DNA of 63,776 nt, the filler included, from Choristocarpus tenellus KU-1152 (lineage: Eukaryota; Protista; Phaeophyceae), in assembly GCA_964200185.2 (NCBI GenBank). It is 10 parts of 10 records of this genome, joined end to end, with 100 filler letters (N's around TTAATTAATTAA, not from the genome) between each part and the next. Parts side by side here need not be neighbours in the genome. Positions count along the whole stretch, not along the records: positions 12,487 to 21,360 come from CAXNAD020004238.1; positions 21,461 to 27,822 come from CAXNAD020008297.1; 8 more parts are not named here. One strand, 5' to 3'. The position numbers were made by a program, and so were the translations under genes. Below the pieces are notes generated by a model that was not told the DNA's origin, searched no databases, and saw nothing but the letters and a program-made list of their open reading frames with translations. Positions 12,500 to 25,000 of the stretch are shown in pieces (within the stretch, counting starts at the first letter, position 1; each line of letters begins with the position of its first letter).

Positions 12500-13130
12500 T
12501 AATAAACATATCCATACCACACAAAGCAAAATACTCTACTTGAGTAGCTCTCTTTTGCATACAGAGGCCTTTATTGCAGGGCTTAAACACCCCTGCGTTT
12601 AAGGCTGAAATTGCTAAGTATGTGGCTTGGGATCCTGAGCTAAAAAAGGATCCAGACCAGATCTTTGATCTGGTAAAGGAGGAGACCGAAAACTGGAGAA
12701 AGTATTAGAGGGCCCGGGATTTTGAAACGAAACGAACCAAGCAAGGTGAACCTGGTGGTAAACACCAAGAGGGGAAGCCTAAGTTTGGGGAGACGGATGG
12801 CAAGCCAGGGGAAGCCACACCTGGTAGTGGACTGAGTGAGAGGAAAACAAGTTCCAAGGGACTTGTGATGCATGTGGGAAAGTTGGACATAAATATGCTC
12901 GATGCCGAAGCTTGCTGGTTGGAGTCTAGAGCAGCAGCATCAGCAGCAGAGGCATCCACAACATCGTGGTAGAGGTACAGACCCTGGGAGGGTGTCTTGG
13001 CCAGGGCAATGACTACAACCCGAGGGTGCCAGGCAGCAACCTTCAAGTGTAGGGGGAGGAACAAGCCGTCTAGGTGCAGCCCAAGGTACAAGGAGCCAGC
13101 AGGGGCTAGCTCCACAGCCTGCTACCGAGA
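12500..13130 (+). mobile_element. LTR-retrotransposon Gag relic with CCHC zinc knuckle
   Basis: 12862-12908 translates as TCDACGKVGHKYARC (CX2CX4HX4C), preceded by a broken Gag-like frame (DPDQIFDLVKEETENWRKY). Confidence 0.65.
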
Positions 13131-13552
13131 TAAGTTAAGGAACTGGTGGTGGGAGTACGAATGATAGCATGCTACCAATAGTAGCAAAACTGCCAGCTCG
13201 ACAAAGAACAACATACAATATCCAACTCAAATGTCAATCTTGTACTGCCGCCAAATTGTATTGCGCACTTGAGCATACAACTCCAGTTTCTTCAACAGTT
13301 TACACAGGAAGACAGGGGCATCCTCAAAAATGGAAGAGGGTGGCTCCTACGTCCTCTCGTCCCCACATAACCCCAACCAATCCACCAAGACCTGGTATTC
13401 ATATCCTTCTACCCTCCGCACTGCCAGAATACCAGATATTTCGGATTCTCCCTTGTTCTGCATGTACTGGATGGAATGTTGACTTCATCTCTGTGTTCTC
13501 TCGTTCAGCTCCTTGTCTGCGTAGAACCACAACCTCTTTAACCGCTGCACCA

Positions 13553-13769
13553 GTCCATTTGGGGCTTGGCTCCCCATTTTTTTTTTATGACATTTTCCTA
13601 CTCCAAAGTGTTTCGGAGTAGATATGATGTATACGTTATGAAAAGGTGTGTCCGGAACAAGGATATTGACACTTCCTAACTAACACGTAGCCAAAATTAC
13701 GTCAAAATCGCAACATTGGGTTTTGGCCCCCAAATGGACGTGGCTTTACCCTCTAAGATACTTTGAATC
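13553..13769 (+). mobile_element. MITE family A, 5'-truncated
   Basis: Starts at gtccatttggggcttggc and ends accctctaagatactttgaatc. Confidence 0.85.
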
Positions 13770-14457
13770 TTGGATTTCACGTCTTGTCCACCTTGACGTG
13801 TCGCTTTCCACTAGGTCCACCCTGATCACCATTATACACCACAAACTTGGAGGGAAGTGGGTTGAGGCGCTACAGGTCCACTCCCGCAATCCTTCTTGAA
13901 GTCGTGATCCCCCTCATGGCTAGCTCCTCATAATAGAAGCCCTCTAATTCCGCGCCAACATCATCCTCCATATTCAAATAACTGACAGCAGACGCCATTG
14001 GGACTCCGTCTGTCCCTTCTACTACTAGCTTGCTTGATCTGTCAGCACACTGTAGAGTATGGTAGCTAGCATTTTAAAGAATGAGTGGAATATCACGTCT
14101 TCATATTGAAATATGTAGATTAATTCCTTCTCAACTACGTTGTTGTAGGTAGATCGTTGGAGTTAGAAACACTATCGAAGCGGGGTGTGTGATAAACCTT
14201 TCACTCATCTCTCATCACTAAATCTGTGTTACTTGCTACAACATTCCTTTTCTTCGATCCTTCTTATGATACTGATATATATTACCCGGATATTGTTCTT
14301 TCAATCACTCAAAATAAATCATTATCAACTATCCAGTTATCCACCAGTTCTCCAACCACACTCTAATTAATTACCTAGCAACTGATTGTCTCCTTAGTAT
14401 TTTTCCCCACATGAATTATAGCATAATTTTGACACTCCTCGACATGTTAAAAAATTG

Positions 14458-14716
14458 GAGTGAAAGTATCTTAGAGGGTACGAGTTTTGCCCTGTTTGTC
14501 CACTCGAGGCTTGGCTTCCCATGGTTTTTTATATTACCTTTTCCTACTCCAAAATGTTTCGGAGTAGGTGAAATATTTATGTTATGAAAAGGTGTGTCTG
14601 GACCAAGGGAATTCACACTTACTAACAAACACGATTTCCAAAATCGTATCAAAATCTTGACATTGGAATTTGGCCCTCAACTGGACGCAGGCCTACCCTC
14701 TAAGATACTTTGGCTC
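14458..14716 (+). mobile_element. MITE family A, TSD TTG
   Basis: ttg|gagtgaaagtatcttagagggtac ... accctctaagatactttggctc|ttg. Confidence 0.92.
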
Positions 14717-15520
14717 TTGGCTACTCGTTCAATTTGCCTTGATACGATACAGTATCGTCTGTCCATACTGAACGTTGATTTGTCCATTCCAATGGTCGCT
14801 ATTACCATTTACATCATTAGCTAACCATCACAAATTACTCAACCACTGTCAAAACATCTCACACTACATAGGAAGAACAGGAACAGTCGCCACCTATATC
14901 ACACATACAGGCACACTATGTGCCACAGTAGTTACCGTAGATATGGATTCGTGCTTGTCCTCTTGTTTGCTCCTCGTTATACTTCTTTTCACGCAAGTTA
15001 CCAGTTATATATCATGTGCTGATTATTATTCTCTACTTGACTGGCGTTGCTGCATCATAAGACAACCTATTCACTCTGCGATACGTACCACACACACGCC
15101 AGGATGCAATATAATCAGAGTTATAACCATCCTTCAAAACCCTTCTCAGCTAAGATAACAATCCTCTTCAAAGAGGAATTTCTTCATTTGAGCGTCTTCA
15201 TGAATGATAACACACTTTCACATCAATTATAGTCTGCTCGAGCAAAACATGACTTCAGACGTACCAGTACAAATTTCACACAAACCATAGTCTGAATAAA
15301 AACATGACTTCAGACGCAACAGACCAAACCGCAAGTGTCTCGTTGCACTACGACACACACCTCTCTCCAAACGTTCTCATCACAGCACAACCAAACACAT
15401 TTTCATATCAGCCATTGTCTGCTAGAGTTAAACATGCCATCAGACCTACTAGAACAAATTCATCAGTGCTTTGCTGAACTATGATTCTCTTTGTTACCAA
15501 CTAGACACACCACAACAATG

Positions 15521-15758
15521 GAGTTAAAGTATCTTATAGGGTGGATCTGCGTCAGTTTGGAGACTGAAATCCAGCGTTGCGATTTTGATGTAATTTTGGC
15601 TATCATGTTCCTTATGAAGTGTCACTATCCTTGCTCCAGATATACAGATGATACCTACTCCGAAGCATTTTATAGGAAATGTCCTAAAAAAAAATGAGAA
15701 GCCAAGCCCCAAACAGACAAACAGGACAAAACTCGTACCTTGTAATATACTTTCACCC
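15521..15758 (-). mobile_element. MITE family A (reverse), TSD ATG
   Basis: atg|gagttaaagtatcttatagggt ... aatatactttcaccc|atg. Confidence 0.85.
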
Positions 15759-15791
15759 ATGCACAACTCCTACGAAATCAGGTTTCACACA

Positions 15792-16049
15792 GAGTGAAAG
15801 TATCGTAGAAGGTAGAGCCGTGTCATTTTGAGGGCCAAAATCCAATGTTGCCATTTTATTGTAATTTTGGCTATCGTGATTGTTAGGACATGTCAATATC
15901 CTTGTCCTGACACATCTTTTCATAGCGTATACATTTTACCTACTCCGAAATTTTTTGGATTAGGTAGTACGTCATTAATAACCCGTGGGATGTCAAGCCC
16001 CAATTGGATAAACAGGGCAAAACTCGTACGCTCTAAGATACTTTCACTC
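15792..16049 (-). mobile_element. MITE family A (reverse), TSD ACA
   Basis: aca|gagtgaaagtatcgtagaaggta ... ctctaagatactttcactc|aca. Confidence 0.88.
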
Positions 16050-16426
16050 ACAACATATTCTAGAGAAGAAAGTAGAAATAACGGAAGAAACAATAGAAAG
16101 ATTTTCGTTTTCAATTAAACCTCTAGTAGCGGAATCAAATCAACTCAATCTCCACGATTCACAATACTAGAAATCAACTTGGACCACAGTCACAAGGCAT
16201 GGTACACAATGGGCCCCTAAGCATTACATTGTAAAAAAAGAAGACTAAACAAAAAAGGGATGAAAACACATGCAAGGGCCAACCCTTGTCCCTTCATTCA
16301 CTACACAGAGAAGGCAACGCCTTTCAATACATCCTTAGGTCAACACCACAAGTTCCTCCAAAAAAAACTCTAAACTCCTTTCAGCTTGCACCAGCATAGC
16401 AAGTGCTCAATATCGTAGCAAGCATC

Positions 16427-19400
16427 TCATGCAGACTCCAGCCCATACTTACACAGCAAAATCTCTGGCAACAAGCTACTCACTGTGTAGTTCATCCATG
16501 CCATTGTCTCTGTTGTGAGATTGTAGTCGTTCGATTTTTTCTCTGTGCTGACTCGAACCTATGTTTGAACGTGGAGAAAAGATGGAGGATTTATTACTTC
16601 TGGTAACTATCAGTAGTTATTTACTTTCATAGACAATGACAAATATGACCTCAACGTTCCCCAAAGAAATACGACAGAGGGTCAGTAGATAAAATCGTTC
16701 CTGTACCACACGTCAACTTGAGATAAAGCTATAGATGCAACACATTGGAGTAGGTACTTTGAAATACATGTTGTTTGGAGAAAAATCATGGACAATGCAA
16801 TATTTGTGAATTTCAAGCATCAATACTTGGCATTTGAGCTGCAAATTTGGCTTCCACTATCACACCACCTGGGGATTACGACCGTGTTCTTGTTTGATAT
16901 CACCCTCCCTTTGCATAGTCAGCATTACTTCTTTCGACGTTGCCTCCACAATGGTGTGAATCTCTGCACTGGTGGCATTCAACGAGAACCAAGAAGCTAA
17001 GGCCAAGTATGGAACCTCGGATACCTGTAGCAAGGCCAGCAAGCAACATTATCAGGAAAACATCATACCAACAAGACCTCAAATTACAATAGCCACTGGC
17101 ACCAAACATTCCAATATCTTTGAACAGAAGGCCAATGATCAACACATACTCATTATAACGCATGTGATACAGACAACCCAGAAATATAGCTGGGTTTTTT
17201 TCCGTCTCTGGCATAGGCAGGTAAGACAAGGACAAGTGCTGCCGTGACATCCTCACTGAAGCTTGTCTTTGATCTGTAGATCTTTACTCGTATGTTTTGC
17301 ACTAGCTACACAGACATATCGAGTCAACTCTTATGTGCAGAGGGGGTAAGAGAACCTTTGTTAATATTTTCTAAAACATTGATCCAATCCTCATATTCGT
17401 CTGATACTTAACCAGTGTCCTTGTGGAAAACTGAGTCCCAAGTGAAGTGACGACTGTTGAAACACTAGAAAACCCCTGAGCTACTGATACTGATACTTAA
17501 TCAGTGTCCTTGTGGCAATCTGTGTCCCAAGTGAAGTGACGACAGTTGAAACACTAGAAAACCCCTGAGCTACTGAGCATACTGAGCAGATAGTCAGCTG
17601 TCGAGGTTTCGCCTGAGGGTTGCTATCCCTCTAATCAATGACCAGCTTCGGCGGGGTATATATTAATGGTAGGTTGTGTATCCCGGTGGCGTGTTAAGCC
17701 TTTTGACGGATGTGTATCCTGGCGGTGTATTTTAGCCTTTTGACGGATGTGTTACAATGTAACCATGCCGGGATTCGATCCCATGACAGTAACATTAGTT
17801 AGAACACTAGTATACCCCTGAGCTACCGAGCAGACAGTCAGCTGACTTTACCTTTCCCACCACAGACTATCTGGATGGTAGCTCAGGGGTTTACTATTGC
17901 TTCAACAACGACTACATACCATAAATTTCATTACATACAATGAGACAGCAATAACCCAATCGTTTAATAGATTCTACAACTGAAAACAATGTACATACCT
18001 GGAGATCTTCGTAGTAGAGCATCAGTGAAGTATCCCTGAGGACAGTTGTGTGCCACACCCACCGTTGACGTATCCAGGAGACCAGAGACTAGCGAAGAGT
18101 GAGGGGAGAAATTTGGAAATTCGTCGAGAGTTGATACACCAATATCAACTGGAGTGAGAGAGTAGCAATTGATTCTACCCATGATAAGCTGGGTGCCGTC
18201 TACTCCAATCATTATTTTGGAATGATATTCCCCCTCAAGGTCGCACACCAGTGCCAGGTAGGTTTGGTCATGAATACCCAATGGCCGACCTTGCTTGACT
18301 TGTGGATCAAGACAATAATAAGGGCACTTATATTCCACTCCACCCTCCAAAGACACTTAAAGGTAACCATCCGCGTGTGCCCAATAATACACGTGGATTG
18401 GAAATTGCAGTGTGAACATATCCATCAAATTATAGATCAAAATAGATCACTATTACTCTTGAACGGGGATGGTTAAATCTTACTGGGTATATGGGATGAG
18501 TTTGCTCCACCACATCATCGGATGGATGGTATGGTGAGTACTCTCCACTTTCGTATCATCAAGACTATTCTCTCATGGAACGAGGGCTTACCTCAAACCT
18601 TGTCCTGATGAACTCTTCCATGCTGACTGAGATCCGAAGATAAAAGTACTCTGATGTCACCACGTTTCTGGGATCTCTAACAATAACAATGTCACTGGAA
18701 ATGGAGGTAAACGACGGAGTAGGAGGGTTTGTGTGGAAGTAAGTTGAAAATATTTTTCAGATCCCATAGCAGCAGTGATTGGCAAATTTGGAGACCCTTT
18801 CCAAAATGGATGGATGGATTAACAAATGCACGATGTTTCTATCTTTACTCAGATCAAGTGCCTTAGACTATTGCTGTGTATGCAAGCTCACTTCTGCACG
18901 ACAGGTCCTCAGACCATACATTTGTCTCAACATGACCACAGACGACTCACTTTGGCTAATCATGTCGCGATAATTTTGAATTGTCTACGGTAGAACCTTA
19001 GATCTCAAAGCATTGTAGGATATGACATTTCACCCATTCTTGGGTTTTGTTTTTAGTCAGGTAGAGTATAGGGTTTGGGCTTTGCCAGAGTAGAAATTGG
19101 ACTGGGTGTGCACTTCCTCAAAATGACAATGGCATCAGGTATATGTTCACGAACCTATCTCTTTCGTGTCGGGAGCATGCACTTACATGACACTTCGAAG
19201 CACTCTTGATTATGTATACACATCTTCATATTTTTTCTCATTATTGATCTGGATCCCAGTGTCAGGTATTGTTGCGACTAGCTCTTGGTATTCCAGCAGG
19301 CAATCACATTTTTGCATCCTTACCGTATTTTGTAGTGGCTCATTTTGCAGTCAGTTGGGAGAAACCTTTCCAGCTCGGCACGTGTAGGTTTCACATCATT

Positions 19401-21212
19401 TAAAAATGGGATAGTGGGGTCCACACCCAAATAATGAGATCTTGGGGTACCACAGTGTTTCAGCCCAGGTAGAATATGCTTTCGATGATTCTGGATGGTA
19501 CATACATGGAATGGTGATTATAATCAGACTTCCTTCCGACAAATATATTTCAAGTCGAAAGATGAGAGAACTGATATAATATAATAGCTCTAGTGGGGCA
19601 TATTGGAGACTCCCAGGCAACAGAACTCACTATTCCTCACAATCTAGACGTACTGTATTCAAATCGAACACAGGATACCAAGTGTGCTGGTCCTCACACA
19701 AACTTTATCTGGAAGCACTCACCCTGTACACGACGAACCTTTGGCTATTTCGTGACATGGTAAACCTGTGCCTGTCCCCCACTAATGAGCACCTGCAGGT
19801 TGTTGCGGAAAGCTCTGTTGGTCAATGTGCCATCATCTAGAGTTCATACAATTGCTTCAGCGCTTGTTGTGACCCATCTTTCGTTCTTCCACTACAATTC
19901 ATGCTATATCAAATTTGGGTCACAGAAAAATTGACTTGACTGATTGTATCCCTTGCATATCCGTTTCATTCCAGATCTGACCTGTCTTTGACCAAGAAAA
20001 GCTCGGGTGGTTCTTCCCTAGACATTCCCAGGCCGTTCACAGGAGCACCCCCCCTATCATACTTTTACTCTTCTTGAAACGAAGTTTAGGGTTATCTTCA
20101 GTGTTATTTTCCACGAACAGGTTAGGATTAGGATTAGGGTAAGAGTAGCATTGCCGAAAATGAGTGTGAGAAATTGAAAAGTGGTGGATCCTTGAGATGT
20201 TGTGGTTCATTAGTGCACACTATAATACTCCGCACTTCTTCTAGAATGCTCACTTTGCTGGTTCAGGATATTTTCAACACACACTCGGAGTTAGGGATAG
20301 GTTTAGGGGTTCAAAAATGCGTCCGAAAAAGTGAAAAAATATTACAGTGGGGGTTACCCAAGGACAATGGGGTTCCTGAACACAGGGGGGTTCCCTGTTC
20401 ACTGCACTTTCTGTACGGACAGAAGTGACTGCTTGTTATGGACTGTCGAGAAAATGAAAAATGGATGCCTTACATGAGGAAATGAGAAGAACAGTCCTTC
20501 TAGGTGTTGCTGGCATAGCTTTGATGATAATATTGCAAAGGATTCCAAAGTCTACCACTGGATTCACATCTGCATGTCACTACTCGAAATTGACATGGCG
20601 TCAAGACCTTCTCGGGATGTTCATTGCACTGCGAGGAGTTTTGACATGGTGGCGCGGCTGGAAGTAGTTGATCAGGAGGGAAAGCATTACGGAGAGACTT
20701 GATCCTTTTTGTTGTAAGGTTGTTAACGACGTTCAAAACAAACATTGGTACGAAAATCTAGACGTACTCCGGCTGTGCTTTGCTAGGACCCACTTCTTAC
20801 ACCTAAATGCTGTCCAAGAATGTAACATGTAGCACAAAACGAAAGTATTGCGCACGAAAAGGGAAGAACCTTTCGATTATCACAGAAGATAGCTTCAGAC
20901 CTACGGCATATATACATACACTCCTCTGCCCAAATCTGGTTGAAACCTCTTACATCCTACTTCTGGATACCACCACCACCACCACCTGTCGTTGGAAGGA
21001 CTTCCACATAGTGTAAGAGCTGTTTTCCATACGATGACACTCATCCAGGTCGTACCAGACTTGGGCTCCCCACGAAGTCGAATTTCATGTTCGGGATTGG
21101 TGTGAAGAGCAGTACCACTAGTATCGTCATCATAATTGAACACGGTGACGTCCACTGCTCTAATCACGACCAAAATGGTTTGCATGACCAGCAACAAGAG
21201 CAATCGTACCAT
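16427..21212 (-). CDS. Multi-exon PAPS-dependent sulfotransferase with N-terminal signal/anchor (probably Golgi type)
   Basis: Exon 21212-20986: MVRLLLLLVMQTILVVIRA...RGEPKSGTTW (5'-PSB loop). Exon 18694-18592: IVIVRDPRNVVTSEYFY (3'-PB motif). Exon 17024-16869: LASWFSLNATSAEIHTIVEATSKEVM. Last exon 16558-16427: VRVSTEKKSNDYNLTTETMAWMNYTVSSLLPEILLCKYGLESA*. These exons have GT-AG borders; intermediate exons are not all resolved. Confidence 0.85.
17401..17575. repeat. Two-copy ~89-bp tandem duplication in a sulfotransferase intron
   Basis: ctgatactta..cagtgtccttgtgg...cccaagtgaagtgacgac.gttgaaacactagaaaacccctgagctactga occurs twice. Confidence 0.9.
17584..17844 (-). mobile_element. tRNA-headed SINE-like element
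   Basis: The minus strand has an A-box-like TAGCTCAGGGG (17825-17815) and a B-box-like GGGATCGAATCCC (17782-17770) at Pol III spacing. It has an internal duplicated acacatccgtcaaaaggct and is bounded by the direct repeat gagcaga(t/c)agtcagctg. Confidence 0.6.
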
Positions 21213-21485
21213 CTTAGTGTACGAGGCAGAGGAGATCATGGTTAACAAGAAATGGACGGGGTGAGTTATGTAAATCAGAAGTGTGAATCGTATGATTCTG
21301 TGGCGGCGTGGTTCACTCAGGCAAGGGTAGCTAAGAGAATCACCGGGCAAGACGGACCAGNNNNNNNNNNNNNNNNNNNNNNNNNNNNNNNNNNNNNNNN
21401 NNNNTTAATTAATTAANNNNNNNNNNNNNNNNNNNNNNNNNNNNNNNNNNNNNNNNNNNNTATTCCGCAATAGCTCTAAAGATCC

Positions 21486-21660
21486 AGCTCAATGTATCTG
21501 GGGGGGGGGTGGCGGCTGTCCATTTGGGGTCAATTTTTTCATGTCACGATTTTGGGTGATTTGGTTCCATACGTTGGATGGATAATGAAAGCACCTTTTT
21601 CCTGGATATGGTCCAAATGGACACCCTGGTGTAGACCCCCCCCCCTGGATACTTTGGGTC
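21486..21660 (-). mobile_element. MITE family B (reverse), imperfect 4-bp TSD ATCC/ACCC
   Basis: agctcaatgtatctggggggg ... ggatactttgggtc. Confidence 0.9.
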
Positions 21661-22060
21661 ACCCTGTTGAGATCTTTGAGGTATGTCAGCATGAAGTTTT
21701 GGTGGTATGACATACCTAGATTGATCACAATGCTGAGCACATTACTGCAGTTAACAGTTCATTTAATGTCCCATTCTTGCTTCCCTTCAATTCCTACCAT
21801 CCACAGTATGAACGAGGTAGGCCAAGGGTATAGGGTACTGAGACCCAGTCCGTTTTGAACCACATGTCCTCTATAAATTAATAGAATTTTCGAAACTATG
21901 ATCTGGATTCCAACCAGTTCACATAACAACTTCTCATCCAAATTTCCAACCATATTCACAATTGATGTACACGGCACCATTTTATCAACTCAACAGAATA
22001 TGTGATTGAAGCCAACACCCCAAACTTCAATTATGCATTGACTCTGAGCTCCACAATCAG

Positions 22061-25000
22061 GTTGAGGAATTGGCGCAGCAAGCATGCCGTGCAGTATGTT
22101 GGTTGCATACATGTGGACTAGTATCAGGCTGCATATCACCATCCTCCTTCATCTTAGAGGGAAAAGATCAAGGAGGCATTGGAGATATGAATGTTGATCA
22201 GGAAATAAATTCGTCCAACCACCTAAAACTTGCAAGGCTCACATCTGCTGCTCGTCGGCCTGACTCTGAAGGAGGTTGCTCTCGCCACCCTCTCCTTCAG
22301 GTAAGTAAAAGAATGGTTGAGAACTGTTAATACAAGGTGTTGAGGTAAGGTCGACAACTCGAACCACCCAAAATCCATTGGTCAACTCTCTCAAGTGTTA
22401 TACTAACCAAAGTATGGCTATTGTATTTTTCCCTCAAATTATTTTACCCTCATACCGCAAAAAAAAAAAGCTTACACTATTGTCATCGTTGATTTGGGTC
22501 AGCTCTTCATTGCCAGCCAGAAAAATAAAACTACTGCGATATGGAAAATCAGTTCTACTTTACAGAGGTGCAGCATACTTCCTGAATGATGTACCACTCA
22601 TTCATCTAATGGCCACTCCCTCTCCAATGACTTTTGAACTGCCTGCAGCTAAGATATTCAACATCCTCCCTATTGCCTGCTGTCACCGTTCACAGTCACT
22701 TGACTTCACATTCCCCATTGATGAGCCTTACCCCCATGAGTTTGCACCTCCTGAGCGGGCCCTAGCAAGTGTTGGGAACCTCCATTGCTCTTCCACAGTG
22801 GCAGTGGATGCATGGGGTTTGGGCATGACAATCTATTGGCTCCTCTCCGGTGGTACTTGGTTGGAAAATAAGGTCAAGAAAACGAAAAAGCAGGTCGGCA
22901 CTGACAAAAGTGAGAAGGAAACTAGAGAGAATAAAATCAACGAGGAAGGGATCTCAGTTCTCCTTTCCTTTGGCTGTGGCCAGCACTCAGGCAAAGGCGT
23001 GGCTACCAGACAAGGAGCTGGCACAGGTGGTTCCAAACCTGGAGAAAACAAGATGCTTGAACAACTTTGTCAACCAGGGTTCCAGATAAAGCTAGAGGTT
23101 GGTCTGTTGGGCTAGTTTGGGCCACCTTGACTTGGGCAATGAGAGACATCAATTTGTCTAAAAATGTTCGTGTCCAGCATTAGAAATTACCATTCTATAT
23201 GAGATGTTTGGAAATAAATTATCTGATCTGTGTAACCAGGGGCACCACTTAGCTAATCATCAGCCTATTCATACACCAAATGGAAATACTATGTTTGATA
23301 AACTTCAAGAATCATTTTTCCAAACAAAGGCATACACTGTACACCTACAATGGCATACAAAGTAGGGGCATAGGGCTCTATCAATACCTTCCACAACTTT
23401 GAAACTCCTATTGTATCGTCCATTACCTGGCAAACAGCGCAACAACTCACCGTCAGAATATCAACACATAAATTTATGAATTCAATTTGGGAGGGAGCCG
23501 TGCACATTCCATACCAATAGCTCCAAGAAAACCCCAGGAGGATCGATATATATATCTGTCACCAACAGTTAAGGAGAAATTAATGGTGTAGGAGGTTATA
23601 TTATGATCTTTAAACGCCATGATGTTGTAAAGATTGTGCAGGGAAATTAAAGGTTTTGCTTCTTGCCAGTCAGCAAGAAGGAGTTAAAAGTCTTAGGCAC
23701 ACCTTAGGGTTAGCCTAGGGCATACATCTTGTTGCCTCTCAGGTGTGCAACAAGAGAGGAAGGTGTAAGAGATCTTCTCTTGCTGAAGAAATAGCTTGCT
23801 GGAAAAATATCTCAAGAAATATACTATTAATATATTTGTGGGTGTGATGAGAAAATTGCATAAACATGAGAAAGCCACAAGGTAAATGCGATAATATGTA
23901 ATTGCTCGCGTTCGAAAGGGATTTCTTCCTGCCAAAACAATAAAGAAGAGTGTAATACTTGGTTCAAATCTTACTTTTCTTTAGAGGGTCAACATTGCAT
24001 AACCCCTTTTAATTTACCCTGGAAGAGGGTTCACAGATCAGAAGCCGGCAAAGGTTGCCCAGAACTGTTCACACCAACCTTCATGAACCCAAACCTTAGC
24101 TTCTCCTATTGTTCAGTAACAGGAGTATACCGAGTATTTCGTGATAATTCATCTAACTTGGGACCAATATGATCCAAAGTATCTGAGGGGGGGGGGTGTT
24201 ACACCAGGGTGTCCATTTGGACCATAACCAGGAAAAACTCACTTACATTATCTATCCGACGTTTGCAACCAAATCGCACAAAAATCGCGACATGAAAAAA
24301 TTGACCCCAAATGGATAGCCGCCACCCCCCCCCGAGATACTTTGACCCTATCCAACCACTAAATCTCATCACGTTCACCCCTCGCCCCCCCTACTTTATT
24401 TAGGGCCTTCTCCTAGGGCCGGGGCTTGTTTGCTCTCTCCTCCCTGGATTCCTTTCTGACGATCCTGCTTCACGCAAAAGGGCTCTAACTATTGCTCAGG
24501 ATCAATGCTACACTCCAACTCCTACCTCCATCCTGTACAAACATGTAGAGCCTCCTAATCAAGCAATAAAGGAGACATTAGATGTTACTCTAAGCAAAGC
24601 ACAGGATGGAGATGAAGTGACACCGAGCAGGGCTAGTTGGGATCCAGGGGAGATCATCACGAGTCATTATTTGGACAAGAGAGGAAGCCGGTGGGGGAGC
24701 TTTTACAATATCACTGAGGATTCAGTCCTGACTGCAAGTCAGCTTGAAAATCTCGTTTCAGCTACAGCTGGGTCTAGCAGAGAAAGAGAGGGGGAGGGTG
24801 AAGGGTCCATGGAAATTGAAAATGTAAACATGGTGACAACAAAGGTCACTCTAGGCAAAGACTCTAACTTGAGTGGTGAGTTGAGATCTGAAGCAGATTA
24901 TAATCAAAGCAATATGCGGAGCATAGAGCATGATAACTCCAGAATCCCACCAGGGATATACCAAAGACTGTTTGAGACAACAGATATGGAAGCGCCAGAT

